64,000 nt of DNA from NCBI RefSeq assembly GCF_009914755.1, contig NC_060929.1, one strand, 5' to 3'. A program made the translations under genes and the position numbers. This stretch comes from the human T2T-CHM13v2.0 reference genome, Homo sapiens. This document shows, one piece after another, positions 16,288 to 31,992 of the stretch; the first letter of the stretch is position 1, and each line of letters opens with the position of its first letter. Below the pieces are notes generated by a model, which did no database searches, had not been told where the DNA came from, and worked only from the letters and a program-made list of their open reading frames with translations.

Positions 16288-16490
16288 TATTTTAACTTTG
16301 TTTTTAATTTAACACATGATAATTACACATATTTATGGGGTACAATGTGATGTTTTGATGCCTGTATAAATTGTGTAAAAATCAAATCAAGGTATTTAGC
16401 ATATCTGACACCTCATAAACTTATAATTTCTTTGTAGTAAGAACATTTAGACTTTTTTAGCTATTTTGAAATATATAATACACAATACTT
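16288..16490 (-). mobile_element. L1MA-class 3' end fragment
   Basis: acacatatttatggggtacaatgtgatgttttg...aaatcaaggtatttagcatatc. Confidence 0.8.
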
Positions 16491-17721
16491 AATATTATAT
16501 GTCCTTAGTTTTAAATTCATAGAAGAACACCATATTTTTGGACTGTTTTTTTCAAGTACTTTTTTTAAAGAATAGTTTTAGGCTTATAGAAAATTTATGA
16601 CAGTAGTAAAGAGAGTTCTGGTATGCTCTACAACCAGCTTCTCCTGTTATTAACATTTTACATTAGTATGATACCTTCATTACAATTAATGAACCAATAT
16701 GAATACATCATTATTAACCAAAGTCCACATTTTATTCAGATTTTCTTAATTTTTACCTCGTGTCCTTTTTTTTTTTTTTAAATCTATGGATACCATCAAG
16801 ATTCCCTTATTATCTCCTTAGGCTTCTCTTGGCTATGACAGTTTTTCAGACTTTCTTTGTTTTTGATCAACTTGATTTTTGAGGAGTACTGGTAAGGTAT
16901 CTTATATAATGTATTTTTTAGAATTTGTTGAGATTTGTCTAATATATTTCTAAATGTTTAGACTGGGATTATGAGTCTTCAGCAGAAACACTACAGAAGT
17001 AGAATGTCATTCTCCTTACTTTACGTCAAGGTTACATATAATCAACATTATTTATAACTGTTGATGTTAACCATGATCACCTTGAAAATCTGATAGTATT
17101 TGCCAGGTTTCTCTACTATAAAATTACTCTTTTTTTCTTTCATGCTGCAATTTTTGGAAAGAGGTCACTGAACATTCAACACTTAAGAAGTGGTGATTTA
17201 AGCTCCAGCTCTTGAAAATATCTACATTAATTATTTGGAATTATTATGCATAAGCAATTTATCTTCTTTACTTATTTTTAAATCCTTTCATTATATTGAT
17301 ATAAACTCATTGATATTTATTTTATACTCTGGGTTATAATGCAGTACTACTTTATTTCTTTGCACAATTTATTTCACCTTTTTCCATTGGGAGCTCCTCT
17401 TTCATTTGCTTTCTTTATTTTTTTTTTTTTGTATCTTCCAGTTTTCACTATAGAATACTGCAGACTATTCTTGCATATTTTCTACCAGAGTCCTAAAATC
17501 ACTCATTTCTTTTGTTGAACAACAGAATTAGAAACCAAGATTTGGGCACTAGGTATGCTTATTGCTACTGGAATATCACTGCATCTATGCCCTCTCAGCT
17601 GACAGAGCAGGAAAATATATGTGGGTATTCTAAGGTCTGCGCATGGGGTGTATATGTATATGTGGGTATGCTAAGTGGGTATAAGTATATATGGGTATGC
17701 TAAGTTCTGCATATTGGTATA

Positions 17722-17790
17722 AATATATATGTATATATATAAAATATATACACCATATATAATATATGTTATACATATATATATATATAT
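17722..17790. repeat. (TA)n-rich tract
   Basis: Visible interrupted TA array. Confidence 0.8.
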
Positions 17791-19072
17791 TCTCTATGTA
17801 ACCAACACTACCTATATTAAGGTAAACATGAGTTCATACTGATGTTTCCAACTCTAAACCATTTCCACATTCATATTTCTAGCTTCCTTCCCTTGCTTAT
17901 TTGTATATTTCCAATTCAACAATGAGAAACCTGGATCCAACATCTGCCATCCATTCACCTAATTTTTCCCTTCCAGTGTGCATATATTAGAGTATCAGAA
18001 TTGTAAGCCTGAGTTCCCAGTGGAAACAGTATTATCAACTAGAGTATAGTACTTATCTATTCTTTTACTTTAGTTTTATAGACTCCATTTATTTTCAACT
18101 TGCTTAAGTCAGCACATTTTACCCACCTACTCAAGTGAGGTCATTACATACTATTTTAATAGAGTTAGATTCTTTTGTCATATTCTGCATTACTTCCTGA
18201 GTACCAGTGTTATCCTAAATGATTTTATGTTGCATATGTATTAAGATTCAATCTTTGTGCTGTAAAGTTCAGTGGGTTTTGAAAAATGTATGGTGTTGTA
18301 TATTTACCATTTTGGTATTATGCAGAATAGTTTCACTGCCCTAAAAAATCCCTTATGCTTCACCTATGCAACCCTCCCTCTTTACTGTCTCCCCTGCCAA
18401 TATCGTCTCTGTAGGCTTGGCTTTTCTGCATCATATAATTGGAATCACATAGCATGTAACCCTTTTAAACTACTTTCTTTCACCAGGCAATAAGGATTTA
18501 AAGATCATCCATATCATTCTATGGCTTGATACTTCAATCTGACAATCCCTGTCTTTAATCAGCATATTGAACCATTCACATTTAAAGTGATTATCAATGT
18601 ATTTGGAATAACACCTGTCTTTAAAAAAAAACAAAAATATAGCTTAAATACCTACCATTTTTATAACTGTTTTGTATTTGTTATACTTGTCTTTTGTTTC
18701 CTGCCTCCTCTTTCTTTCCTTTCTCTGATTTTACCTGAGCATGTTATATAGTTCTATTTTTTCTCCTCTATTTTCCTATCAATGATGCTTCTTTAAAAAT
18801 TTAGTGGTTTCCCTGGAAATCACAATATATATTTTTAACTAATCCAAAGCCACCTTCAAATATCATTGGATTGCTTTACATTTAGTGTAGATAACTGGAA
18901 AAAGAGCGAACTCAATCTCTTCCTCCTTATGACCTTGCTGTAATTCACTTTTCTTATCTTTATGCTATAACCATCAAATATGTTGTTAGTCTTTTCTTCA
19001 TTACATTTTCTTTTCAAAAAATATTTTTCCTTCAATTATTCATTCATTGATGCTTTTCTGTTCTTTCAGTAG

Positions 19073-19421
<349 letters not shown>

Positions 19422-22160
19422 TCAATGAACTTTCAATATTTCTTAAAGGATAGTTCTGGCAATAAATTTCCTTAGTTGTTCTTTGTTTAAAAAATACCTT
19501 TTTTTCTTTCATTTTCAAAAGAATATATAATTTCACTGGTTATAGAATTCTAGGTTTGTGGTTATTTTCTTTCAACACTTTATCTTCTTCACTCTACTCT
19601 CTTCTTGCTTGCATGGTTGATGACAAGAAGTCCAGGTAATTCTTATCCTTATTTTTCTACAGGTAAATTGTTTTTATCCTTTGGCTTATTTTGACATTAC
19701 TTTTTTTGTCTTTGTTTTTCTGCAGTTTAACTGTGTTATGCCTAAATATAGATTTTTTGGTCATTATCCTGTTTGGTATTTCCAAGCTTCCTGCATTAGT
19801 GGTTTGCTGTTTGTCATTAATTTTGTAAAGTTCTTGGCGATTATTACTTCAAACATTTCTTCTGTTCCATTTTCACTTTCTTCTCCTTCTGCCCTTCTAG
19901 TTACATGTAAGTTGCATCTTTTGAAATGGAAATTGCCTTGGATATTCTGGGAGTTTTGATCATTCTTTTTTTTATTCTCTTTCATTTCATTTATGATGTT
20001 TTTATTGACATATAGCCAAACCTATGGGGTCTTCCCTCAGTCATATCAAATTCTACTAATAAGCCCATCACAGGCATTCTTGATTTCTTTTACAGTGTTT
20101 CAATTTCTACATTCCCTTCTGTTTCTTATTTAGAATTTCCATCTATCTGTTTACATTATCCAACTATTCTTATATGCTACTCATTTTTTCCCATTAGAGG
20201 CCTTCACATAGTAATCACAGTTATTTTAAGCTGTCTGATAATTCCAATATCTGTGTCATATTTGAGTCTGCTTCTGATTCTTGCTTTGTATTTTCAGACC
20301 ATGTTTTGTTCTTCCTGTCTGGCATAACTTGTTATTTTTTTGTTGTTGTTGAAAGCCTGAAACAATATATCAAATAGTAGGACTGAGGTAAGTGGGTCTT
20401 TTGTTTCAGACTTTAGATTAGTTTGGCTATATGTAATGTGTGCTATACGGTACCAGAAACTTTAAATTCCTCTAGTGCTTTTATTTTTTGTCTCTCCTAC
20501 TGTCTCTGGGTTTCCCTAAAAACTCTTCCTTAGAGTCTGCATCTTACACTTATTTCATCTGTAATCCACTGCTATTAAATTGGAATTCTTTTGTTGTGAT
20601 GGTAAACAATGGATGAGTGGATTCATTTTATAATCTTATGCTTAAACCTCACTCATTTAGTGGGACTGTGTCCCTCGGTCTTGTGACCTTCAGAAGTGTT
20701 TCTTAGACTTTCCCCCCTTAGATGAAGGGATAGCAGGGGTTGCATTTAGGGAAATGGCTCTCCCCCAGGTGAGACAATGATCCTGTAAAGTATTCTCCAG
20801 TAAAGAGTAAGCTTTCATTATACAGAATGTTTTGGACAGACTTCTAAATGGTTACTTTTGTCTTCCTCTGCCAGAGCCATAAAGCCATGTATTTTGGCTC
20901 TCCATTGTGAGGACCTAGTGGAGTTCTTTGAGGTAAACCCGTAAATTTGTGAGGACCCACTGGGCCCTTGAACTTTCTGACTTTCACTCTGTTTCATACT
21001 TAGCCTCCAGAAACTTGTCCAAATTACCATTTAAGTGTTCCTACCAGTTTATGACTCCAGCATCCTCTACTCCAGGTAAGCAGATCTTGGCTATGACTCT
21101 CTGAAATCACTTGATATTCCATATTTCAAGAGTGGAGGTTTGTTCTTTGTTGGATCCAAAACAAGACATTGATGTTCATTTTGTTCAGCTTTTTTCCTTG
21201 TTGTTAGGATGGGAGTGATGACTGCCAGATATTTATAGGTCAGGGGTGAAAATGGATGTCTTGGACCTCTTTTTTTTACTATCTATCAAATATTTGTCCA
21301 AAGCTACCATGTTAGCTTTAGTGTTTAAAGGCCTAACACAATGCTTGCCACAAAGTAGTTACTCATTAAATATTAACTCTCTTCTCCCTTTATTTTGTCC
21401 TACATATGTAAGAATATAAAGTTTAACTTTTCACATACTAATTATGTCCCCTACATTGAACTGCCTCCTGTTGTTGATGCTTCCTTCCTGTATCCAACAA
21501 TTTTTTTAATTGTCCTTGAGCCATATGTTATGGTAGATTTTAAGTCTGATACCCTAAAGCTGATTGCATCTGAAATTGCTTCGATATTATTTTCATTTTT
21601 TTCCCTTGAATTCAGGCTGTGTTGAAACCAAAAAGGAAATAAATCCAGAGAAATTAAACAAATGAAAACTGATCCAGAAGGGATCCTGAGAATTCAAAGG
21701 CAACTGTCTCTCTCTCCTTCCTCCTTCTCAGAAAAATTATAACGGAGTAAACCTACTACTTTATAAGTCCCCTAAAAACCATATGTGTGTATCAGCCATA
21801 GTTTTACAGGAACCATAAAGAGGTATTGCTATATCAAATGGCACGAGGGACTGAAAAAGAGGCAAATTTAAACTTTAGTAATAAAAAGCTTTATTTCAGA
21901 TTACAAAAACAAAGTCATAAAGTCTAGATTCCTAAAAATGATGTTTTCAGTTATTCTACTCATCTGTGTGTAGATGAGAATTTGTAGTTATTTTAGAAGT
22001 CTTTATAGACAATAAATATTGGTTCTCAAATAATGGTCTAAGATATTTAGTAGTAATTAAGAGACAGAAATACTCTAGAAATCCCCAGCTCCAAAAAGTT
22101 ATTCATGATAGTGAGATCATTAATTCCAGGAAATAGGAAAATTAAGAAAATAATTGAAAT

Positions 22161-22469
<309 letters not shown>

Positions 22470-22479
22470 TGAAATAGTT

Positions 22480-22937
22480 TTATATTCGGTACAACAACAG
22501 TCACAAGCACAGTGGTTTAAAACAACACACATTTCTAATATCAGTTTCTTTGGGTCAGGATTTGAGCTATGGAATAGCTGGATCCCTTATAAGATTACAG
22601 TCAAGGTGTTAATCAGGTGTTTTCATCTGGAGGACTGATTAAAGAAGGGAAGATCCTCTTCCAAGCCCTTCAGGTTGTTGGCAGAATTTATTTGCCTTTG
22701 GCTGTAGGATTCAAAGCAACTCAATTCTTTGAAGGCAGTGACAGAGGAAGAGAAAGGGAGAAGTATGTCTTATATAACTGCATAATCGTGGTATTGGCTT
22801 TCCATTACTTTTGTGCATTCTTTTGATTAAAGGCAAGTCTTGGTTCCCACCCACACTCCAGTGGGAGGTTAATATGAATGGCATGGAGCAAAGGAGGCAG
22901 AGATCATTGGAATTCACCTTAAGGTCTGTCCACCATG
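22480..22937 (-). mobile_element. MLT1E-type MaLR LTR
   Basis: gtggtttaaaacaacacacattt...caggttgttggcagaatttattt...gtctgtccaccat. Confidence 0.75.
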
Positions 22938-24309
22938 GAATGTCAGTCAGACCCAAGTAATATTCAGCAGATGGAAAGTCTAGAAATTGCTATTACTTTT
23001 GGAGAAAAGTTTTAAGATGTGAAGACAAACTGTGATTTACAATTAAATTACTGTATTTTATTTAATTAATTACATCTCAGACAAAATTAATGATATTATA
23101 TAATAGCAGATGAAAGAAAATTGGCTTATAATTCTGGATATTTGCTTGATAATAAATTGTCATGCAGTTGATTACTACATGAGGAAGAAAATACTTTAGA
23201 AATTGAAAATATATTAAATTATTTGCTATTCAGAGCCATCACAGATTAGAAATTACATACACAAAAAATACCAAATAAGTTGGTAAAGTTATTTTTACAG
23301 TTAAACTAAATGCAGATGTAAATTGGTTATTAAGAACATATTATTGTGGAAAATTATACCTATATTGTTTTAATAATAGAAATGTAAATACCCTGGATAT
23401 TAAAATGAATCCATATGTACTTTAATACTACTGAGGATGTTCAGAACAGCTCCAGTGATCTTCCAGGACTTGAATAGTTGTCTGTTACTCCACCTGAAGA
23501 AACTTCCAGAATCTTCTAAGTGAGGTGTGGTTCAAAGAATCCTAGAATAGGAAATCAGAGACATGGGTCATGCTGTGAACTGACTTAGATTTTAGGCATG
23601 TCATCCAAGTCTTCGTTTTAAAAAGGGAGCTGAATGGGGGTTATGATTCTATTAAAAGCCATTTCTGCTTCTACTTTCTGTTTTTAAACCTAAGCCAACT
23701 AGAGATTAGACTCTCCAGGTTGAATCTTCAGAGAACGACACAAATGATCAGGACTTGGTAAGGAGTGAAACATACATTCTTGAACATGCTCAAAAAGCTA
23801 ATGTAAGATTGGACAGGAAAAGGGAGTCAACGGAATAGGGTCACTCTTTAAATAAAACATCATATGTTGAAAAATAAGACCTAAATGCTTTGGTTAAAAA
23901 AATATATATATGTGTATAATTTTTACTTAATTCACTATGTACTGAAATGTTAAATATTTCATTAAATTCAGAAGCAGATGAAGGTATTTACAAAAATAGG
24001 TCAGTGTATATGATTTTTAATTCATATTCATCATTTCAATTCAATTCAATTCATTTTATTTAATTCAATATAATTCCTTCTATTTCTCCTATTTGTTATC
24101 ATTTTCTACTATTTTTTAAGAATAAATTTCCCCTTCATACATGTTAGCACGCAAAACATGTTTACAAATGTGTCTCAGGTTCTCTCTGAGTTTGTATTTT
24201 AAAATGGTGACATCGATATTTATGTGCAGAGAAGCATGAAGATCTGTACTATAAATACAAAGCAAGGCTTTATTATTGTGAACTCATTCATGATCAGTAT
24301 CAGAGATTG

Positions 24310-24540
24310 TTAAGTAAAATGAGCATGATCTTTCAAAGCGATTTAGTTTAGAATCCTGATTGTCACCAGCAGTGTGAAATCTTACACAAGTTATCTCTCA
24401 TCCTGTACCCGTATTTTTAATTTGGAAGTTCCTATCTCAGCATTAGAAGGTCGTTGTGATGATTAATGAGATAAGTAAACCACCTGGAATGATTTTGGCC
24501 CACAGTACATGACTGAATATATAAATGGCAACAATGATGA
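24310..24540 (+). mobile_element. MIR
   Basis: gaatcctgattgtcacc...gttgtgatgattaatgagataag...ataaatggc. Confidence 0.65.
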
Positions 24541-25544
24541 TCATATATTTTGCTCTAGAGTTGAAAATTGTATTAATCCAAGTATTGAACTTAGTTCTGC
24601 CCTCTATTTGTCTCCATAGAGTGGTCAAACTCACATAGAGCTCAAAAAAATTGAAAAGTATGGTTATAGAGAAAGAAGCAAGAGCAGAGAAGAATTTCTG
24701 TTTTTCTTATATGTGCATCAATTGTGATATATTTTAATTATACTGTCATAATATTTTAAAATTCTGGAGCTGAGAGGTTATATACTCTGGACCTACCTAA
24801 AGATGAAAAATGAAGGTCATTCATCATTCATTTCCTACAAAAATATACTACATTATTGAGCACTCATTTAGATGCTAGTGATCTATTGGTGATGAATGAA
24901 TGATTAAATAAGTGAATGACTCTATACTTACTCTCAAATAGCATATACTCTAGTGGAATAGAAAAATACTAATTAAAACAGTCTATAAATACCTGGCCCA
25001 GAGAGGCCGTGGTATTTTTCATGGTTATAGAGTTCGAGGACTAAGCCCAGCACAGAAATAATTTATTGAACAGTTCCAATATTCTCAGTTTTATTTTTTC
25101 TAATAATGGTTTCATGTTTTCTCTTATTAAACAAGTTTAAATTTTGTAACTTAAATATATTATGCTAATCAAATTATATGTCAGTTACATTTATCATATT
25201 TGCTAGATTCTATCCCATGATAAGTTGTGTAGCCTAAAATCTTTCAACATAATTATTGGTGCATTTGCAATTGAATCATAACAGTATTCTAAATGATACT
25301 GCATGCAATGAAGCTATTCAATAAAGCTTGCATGAACCTAGAAATTTGTTTAGTGTGTGGTTTATACTATTGGTTTACTGATACATAAAAATCAGAGACT
25401 CTTGTACTGACATAAATCAACTGTTAAATAGTACAATTTACTCTTATACTTTCTAATTTAAATTAATAGATAAGTAACATGATTACCCCTCTTAATACAT
25501 ACTCACAAAAATAATATGCTCTAGAAAAAAAATGTGGCCACCAT

Positions 25545-25740
25545 AATAACACCAACCCATACTTATTCAGCAGTGTGTTTCTATGCATCTAGCTCTGGTT
25601 TAGCCCTTTACATGTAGTAAAGTTTAGTATTAGTTCATTTAATCCCCATCTCAGCATTTGAAGTATATGTTATTATTAGTCTCATTTTATAGATAAAGAA
25701 AATAGAGGTTAGAAAATTTGGTCCAGATCACACCTCTAAT
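25545..25740 (-). mobile_element. MIR
   Basis: tcatttaatcccc...attattagtctcattttatagataaagaaaatagaggttag core. Confidence 0.65.
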
Positions 25741-27142
25741 CAGAATGCTACACACAATGTATGATCAATGACAGATACATTGTGCAGGCAAGAAGAATGA
25801 CAGAGATTCAGAAGGAGTGATTATGGGAGTGAGAAAGAGAAGAAAATTGTTATGGAGTTTTGCTTTAGAGTCAGAGTATGAAAGGCACAGAATTCGGAGG
25901 AAGGTGCGTTTGTGCTGCTGAGCTATCAGTAAAATTACATGTCAATAGATTGTTACTTGGGTAAAGCCATTAGGAGAAAATCAAGATGGAATCCATGATT
26001 CGTAGAGTCATGGTCACAAGCATTCCTGGAATGGTGGATTAGTAAGATTTTAAAAGACATGGAAGGTGATGCAAAAGAATTGTTCCCTTGTTGTTTGTAA
26101 GAGACGTTTGTAACTCTCTCCTATCCCAGCTTGTAAAGGAATTTTACCTCTGTTAGATATGTTTGAAACTAGAAAATCATCTCTTGGGTTGACAACCTAT
26201 ACTTGGGCCTAGGACAGTGGTCTCTCCTGCCAATGGGAAGAATCAGACCTCTTCTATCTTGATATATTATGGTCCTCTCAGTGCTTTCAGTGCAGGTTTC
26301 ACACACATCCCTGGGGATGAAAGATGAAATAGCAATGATACCTATAGATGCTTCACAAAAGATACAGAGTAAATCAGGACTCTTATTCAACACAAGTAAT
26401 TAGAGCGAGACAGCTTCATAAATGTTATCTCTGAGTTTACATTCAAGATAACAGGTGGCCAATACTTTTCACCCAACCCAGTATCATAGAACCTACAGAC
26501 AAAGCATGTTATTGAGGCAAGGAATAAAATAATGGAGAGATGATACCAATAATTTGAACTGATATTGCTAGCTTTATGCTGCATTCATTCTAAATTCTTC
26601 TGGGTTTCCCAAATTCTCAATATTGGTGGGGAAACAAACAAACAAACAAAAACCAAACACCAAAACAAAACAAAAACACTTAACTGGCTTTCATTGATTT
26701 TGAGTAACTCCATCAAATCCACTTAAACTCATCACTTGCCTTAGTTGGAAAAAAATAGTGTTAATAATGTCTCATCAAAGGTAAATACTGCACACATCCT
26801 TAATCATCTTCTCATTTTCTGTGTTTTTGTAGTTCTTTTAATTTTAAGTCATTTCTTATCTTTTTACTGCAGGGCAATACATGCCGACACACTTCTTGAG
26901 ATGAGAGCAGGAATCCCTATTCTATTATGGCGGTTGTGCATAAGCCAAATTGTGCTGTAATTTATCACTTTCTTAATATTCCTAAGGTTTCTATTTTTTC
27001 TACTTTGTTATTCAGTATACTTTTAGAGTGCTTCCTTGGTTTCTTGTGCTTAATATAACTGGACATTTACTCTTATGCTTCATAAGAATGTGAGACACAA
27101 AACAAGTTATAAAAACTTTGCAGACTAGAAAGTGGTTCTTAA

Positions 27143-27448
<306 letters not shown>

Positions 27449-28929
27449 TTAAATACTTAATTAATAATTCTGTAGCTCAGAGAAATAAAAAAGAACTTCA
27501 AGCACACATTTCTAAGTGAATTATCTTCTCTCTCTAAAGCTTTCTAAATAGATGGCACCTTTGGATTCCTATTAGGCTGAAGGGAAATGAAACTCTCATG
27601 AAATATCAATGTAAAAGTCGTAGTATAAATCACAGCAAAACAACAGCAACAACAAAGCAACCACAGTGATATAGCATCTCTAGGTTGAATGGAACTGTAA
27701 AATGCAAGTTTATTATTTGAATATATACAAAAAGCATTTTACTTTAAAAAGTTCTTATATTTACCACTTTGGAAAGTTCAAGCTGTTATTCTGAGGAGGC
27801 TTAAATGAATTAATATTTGAAAAGGGTAATCTAGAAATGTCTGTAAAATTAAAAAGATGAAGAAATGGAAGGAAACAAAATAACAGACATGGTTTTTCTA
27901 GCCTTCAAGAGTTAGTAACTAAAACTGAGGCACTGTGGAATAACTCACTTATTTTCTGAATGGCATTTTTAGGGCCCCAAGAAAGTCAAAGGAAGATGTG
28001 AAAAAAGAAAGGGCAGCTTCTATAGTCACAAGATAAACATAGCCATATTAATTAAAAATAAAGCATCATTACATATGCCTTTTTGTAGCTCATATTAAAA
28101 TTTAATTTACAACTTGTTTGTTCTATAATAAATTGTCAATATAGCAAAAATGCTAAGTCAACAATCTAGTTATATATTCAATGTATAAATATGGTTAACT
28201 TCTCCGTTGAGAAAAACTTAGAAACTTCTTTATTAAAATGAAACCAGTCGGACATTGCTTTTCTACTTTATTTAATTTAAAGGAAAAATATAAACTTAAT
28301 GTATTCTTTTAAGGAGGATTTCCTAAAATATTGGGCATAGTTATGTGAACTCTATACATTTAGTCTGCTGTTATTGTTCTTGTTTATACCACAGAGAAAG
28401 GTATATGTACATTATGGTGGACCAGTAATTTCAATAATGAAAAAAAAGAAAATATAAGCAATTAATACCTAATAGATGGTTTTAATTAGCTTACAGCAGG
28501 TCTTAATATTAATGAAAAAATAAAATCATATTGTTGTTGTACATTGACTACAATTCAAACAAATATTATTGTATTTGTTTAGAAATAATACGTTTTAATA
28601 AGTATATTTAATAGGTGGATATAAATGTCTTATTTGGTGCTTTTAGAAAAGAAAGAAAAATTCTTAAACCTAGCAAAATAAACAGAGTATATTAAGATAT
28701 TTCTTCTTTAACCTGTATCAAAGTGACAAAGGAAGAGATTTGGAATCATAAAAGGAACAATCATAAAGGTGAGATCCTAATTTACTTTCCAGTTTCATTT
28801 CAACTTAGTTCTTCATTGCTGCAAGGCATAAAAGTTATTGAATTTTACTACATTCACCTCAAACTAGTTTTCTATCAAACAGAATATCAGTGGAACAACT
28901 CTGCAGAGCTCTCTACATGAAATTGTCCT

Positions 28930-29180
28930 TTTGTATGTCTCATAATCGGTGGCGATGTGGCCAAGCATCTGGTGGTGACAAGCAGATGTCTTTGATTTAT
29001 TGGCTAATATCACTGCTTGTTAGTGGATGGTTGAGCAGGAGACTAAAAGAGCATAAAATCAGAAAGAATAAATTATGAAGGCACCGAACTGTGCCATTAT
29101 AAACCCTTCCTTGTCACAGCTGTGACATCTTATAGGAAATGGAGGGTGACAGCAGTGTTCATTCTTCAAAGGGCCAATAC
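28930..29180. promoter_or_regulatory. Candidate developmental enhancer (motif cluster)
   Basis: Overlapping CTTTGAT/TGATTTAT, E-boxes, TGACA sites and a 16-bp palindrome in non-repeat DNA; no functional data. Confidence 0.3.
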
Positions 29181-31379
29181 CTTCTACTTGTGATCCCTAC
29201 CATAAATAGACAAATACAGTGAAAAAATCACATGAGCAAGTTGGCACTTACATGGGAAATGCCTTCCCCTCAATGGAGCACTTGGGTTCCAGTTTTCTTC
29301 TAGCCCGAAGTAAAGCAGAACAAATATTTCAGTAAAAAGCAGACATGAGCTTCAGGATAATATGTACATCAGTCATGTGTGCAAAAACATGAAAAATTCA
29401 GAGATGAATTTATCCCACATTGCTTTTCCCTTGAGTCATCCTGGAAAGGTTACTCTTGTTTGAATTGGTTACCCAAATCCTATTTTAGTGAATCAACGCA
29501 GTCAACCCATCCACACTACAAATCTCTGCCTAGAAAATGATTGCCTAACTTCAGTTAGTATTTGGTAAAACAATATTCCACAGTAATTGAAAAATTCAAA
29601 CTGCCTTTTAAAGTGAGTTTACTCTGTTAAAATCATTAAAAACACATCAGAAAATAAGGATTTATTAAAAGTGCATAATGGTAATGAAAATAACTTTGTA
29701 GTACAGTGGAGAGTACATACATCTCTGAACTTATACAATCTCTTAGACTTTTGTCTTCTAATACGATATTTTTTAAAGTTAGGTTTCTTTGAAAGATAAC
29801 CATTCTATTATGTATATTGAGAAATTAATATTTTATAAATTACTGAATTAAAGTAAGATAAATCAAAGAAAAGGCAAAGTAAATGAATGTACCTCTCATT
29901 TTCACAGATGCTGTTCCAGCTGCATACTTTCATTAATTCATTCCACGAATCACCAAAGGGTAACTTTTGAGTTCAATCCTAAGCATGTTCTTTACTGGGA
30001 AATAATATTGGAAAGGTATTATAAGACAAGGTTCAGCAGTATCAGACAGTGTGTCCAGGGAACTCTAAGAAAATCACAGTGTACAGAAAAAGAATGCATG
30101 AGAAAAGATGGCAGGAGGCAAGCCTACCAAGAGAAGTTGGAGACAGAACATGAAAGGATCTGTCTGACATGAAATACATGGAATCGTCTATTAGTTTATA
30201 TTCTGCCCTATTTTAGAAAAGGTTTATTACTAATTATGAAGACACATAAAATACAACAAGTTAAAATAAATTAAAAGTAGGTTTAGTAAAAAGAGAAAAA
30301 CGGCAATATTAAAATGAAACCAAGAATAAAGGTAAAAGTAAAATATAAACCATAATAATCTCCTTCAATACGCTAAAAATTGCTCATTATTTTTGCTCAA
30401 AGCTTTTTATCAGCCACCATGAAAAGAGAAACTATATCACCTACAGTTTTAATATTCTCAACATTCCAAGAGAAAAAAAATGACAAATTTGTAGGACTGG
30501 TTTTTGTATTGGTTTATAATACATTCCTATTATGTCATGCCAAATAGTTGAACTGAGACAAAGCAATTCCATGGGGGTGAAGTTCAGTGGGTAATTCAAA
30601 TATTGATTAGTTATGTCTGAAAGATATGTCCTCATGTAGTCATCCCCATTTCTTCTAGTAGAAGCACAAGCTTACATCAAGGTAAGTCCAAGATTTTCTC
30701 AATGTATTTCAAATTTTATGTAGCAAAAATAATATTTCTATTCCTTTTGTTTATTTTCTCCCTGTGCAATGTATCTTGATGAGATTTTACTTAAGTTGGA
30801 GGATACATTTTAGACCAATGAAACAATACAATATGGTAATGTGCTACATGGAAAACTCATTTTTAAGTGACCCTTCTAAGCTGAAACTGATGGTAAATGA
30901 AAGGCCATTGTCACTCTTGATAAAAGAGAAGTGTGCATTAAAATTTTGTGGCTAGAAATACCAAGAAGTGACTTTACTTATGATCCCCAAATCAAAAGGA
31001 GCAAGTGCAGATTGTCATAATTGCAGGTATTGATTTGAAATCGAACTGTTGCTCACATGGCACCTTGCAGTTTTATCCAGGGGATGTGGGGCCAGAAATT
31101 TTTGTTTGCATGCAAGGGATAACACTATATAAGGCCAGCAAGGGCAAGTATTCCAATAGTATTAGAGGTGTGAAGCTGGAGCATCAGAGCTCTGCCCTAA
31201 ATGCAAAGAAGAATTAATTTGTAAGATTTTGAGGGTAGAAGTACCCAAATATATCTCTAACACAAGGCAATTTTGAATTTGAGCTTGATTGCAAAAGGCT
31301 GCCATAATATTTGCCGTAGAATGCACATTCAAGGAAAAAGAAACACAAAGAACCAAAAGTCAATAGGCTATGCTGAAGC

Positions 31380-31380
<1 letters not shown>

Positions 31381-31417
<37 letters not shown>
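31381..31417 (+). repeat. (AAC)12 microsatellite
   Basis: Visible array; explains the poly-Asn in ORF 31273..31482. Confidence 0.97.
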
Positions 31418-31951
31418 GAAAACGATCTGGAGTCATGGATTTTGGAATGGAGTCTGGGCTCCATGTTCAGCTAGCCTTCTAAAGTACAGCAAGGCCATAC
31501 TCCTCTGAATCTTAGCAATATGTTTTAACATTTAGTTGTAGTTCTAAGTAATGTAGAAAATAAAGAATCCACTATGAAGCTCTATTTGAATGGTTATTTT
31601 GTGCAAAGAATTTACAGAATATTTTGTCCAGAGAATCCGTAGGTAATGCTGGGCTATAACCAACTCTCTGGATAGTTTCCAAAACAATGTTTAAGATTTT
31701 ATTTCTACTTCCTAGTGATTCTCTTCTGTTTCTTCCATACTAATTATTGGCTTCATGGATTTAATTTTAAGAAGTATACGTATCTTATCTTGAAGCATAA
31801 TCATAATTCCTTTCAGAATTCCTCAGATTGTGGATAACTTACACAACTCATTTTGTGATTTTATACAGACAGTATATATTTTGTATAGATATCATGTATT
31901 ATGGATAATCAATTGTATATATCTATATAAAATCACTCTATATAGTGGCTT

Positions 31952-31955
<4 letters not shown>

Positions 31956-31990
<35 letters not shown>
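31956..31990 (+). repeat. (TG)n microsatellite
   Basis: Visible array. Confidence 0.95.

Positions 31991-31992
<2 letters not shown>

Noticed and set aside
30640-30690. Strong AAG|GTAAGT donor with a nearby acceptor
   Set aside because: Isolated splice-like motifs are expected by chance in 64 kb; the implied exon is only ~20 nt.
31273-31482. Poly-Asn ORF
   Set aside because: (AAC)12 microsatellite in a short chance frame.
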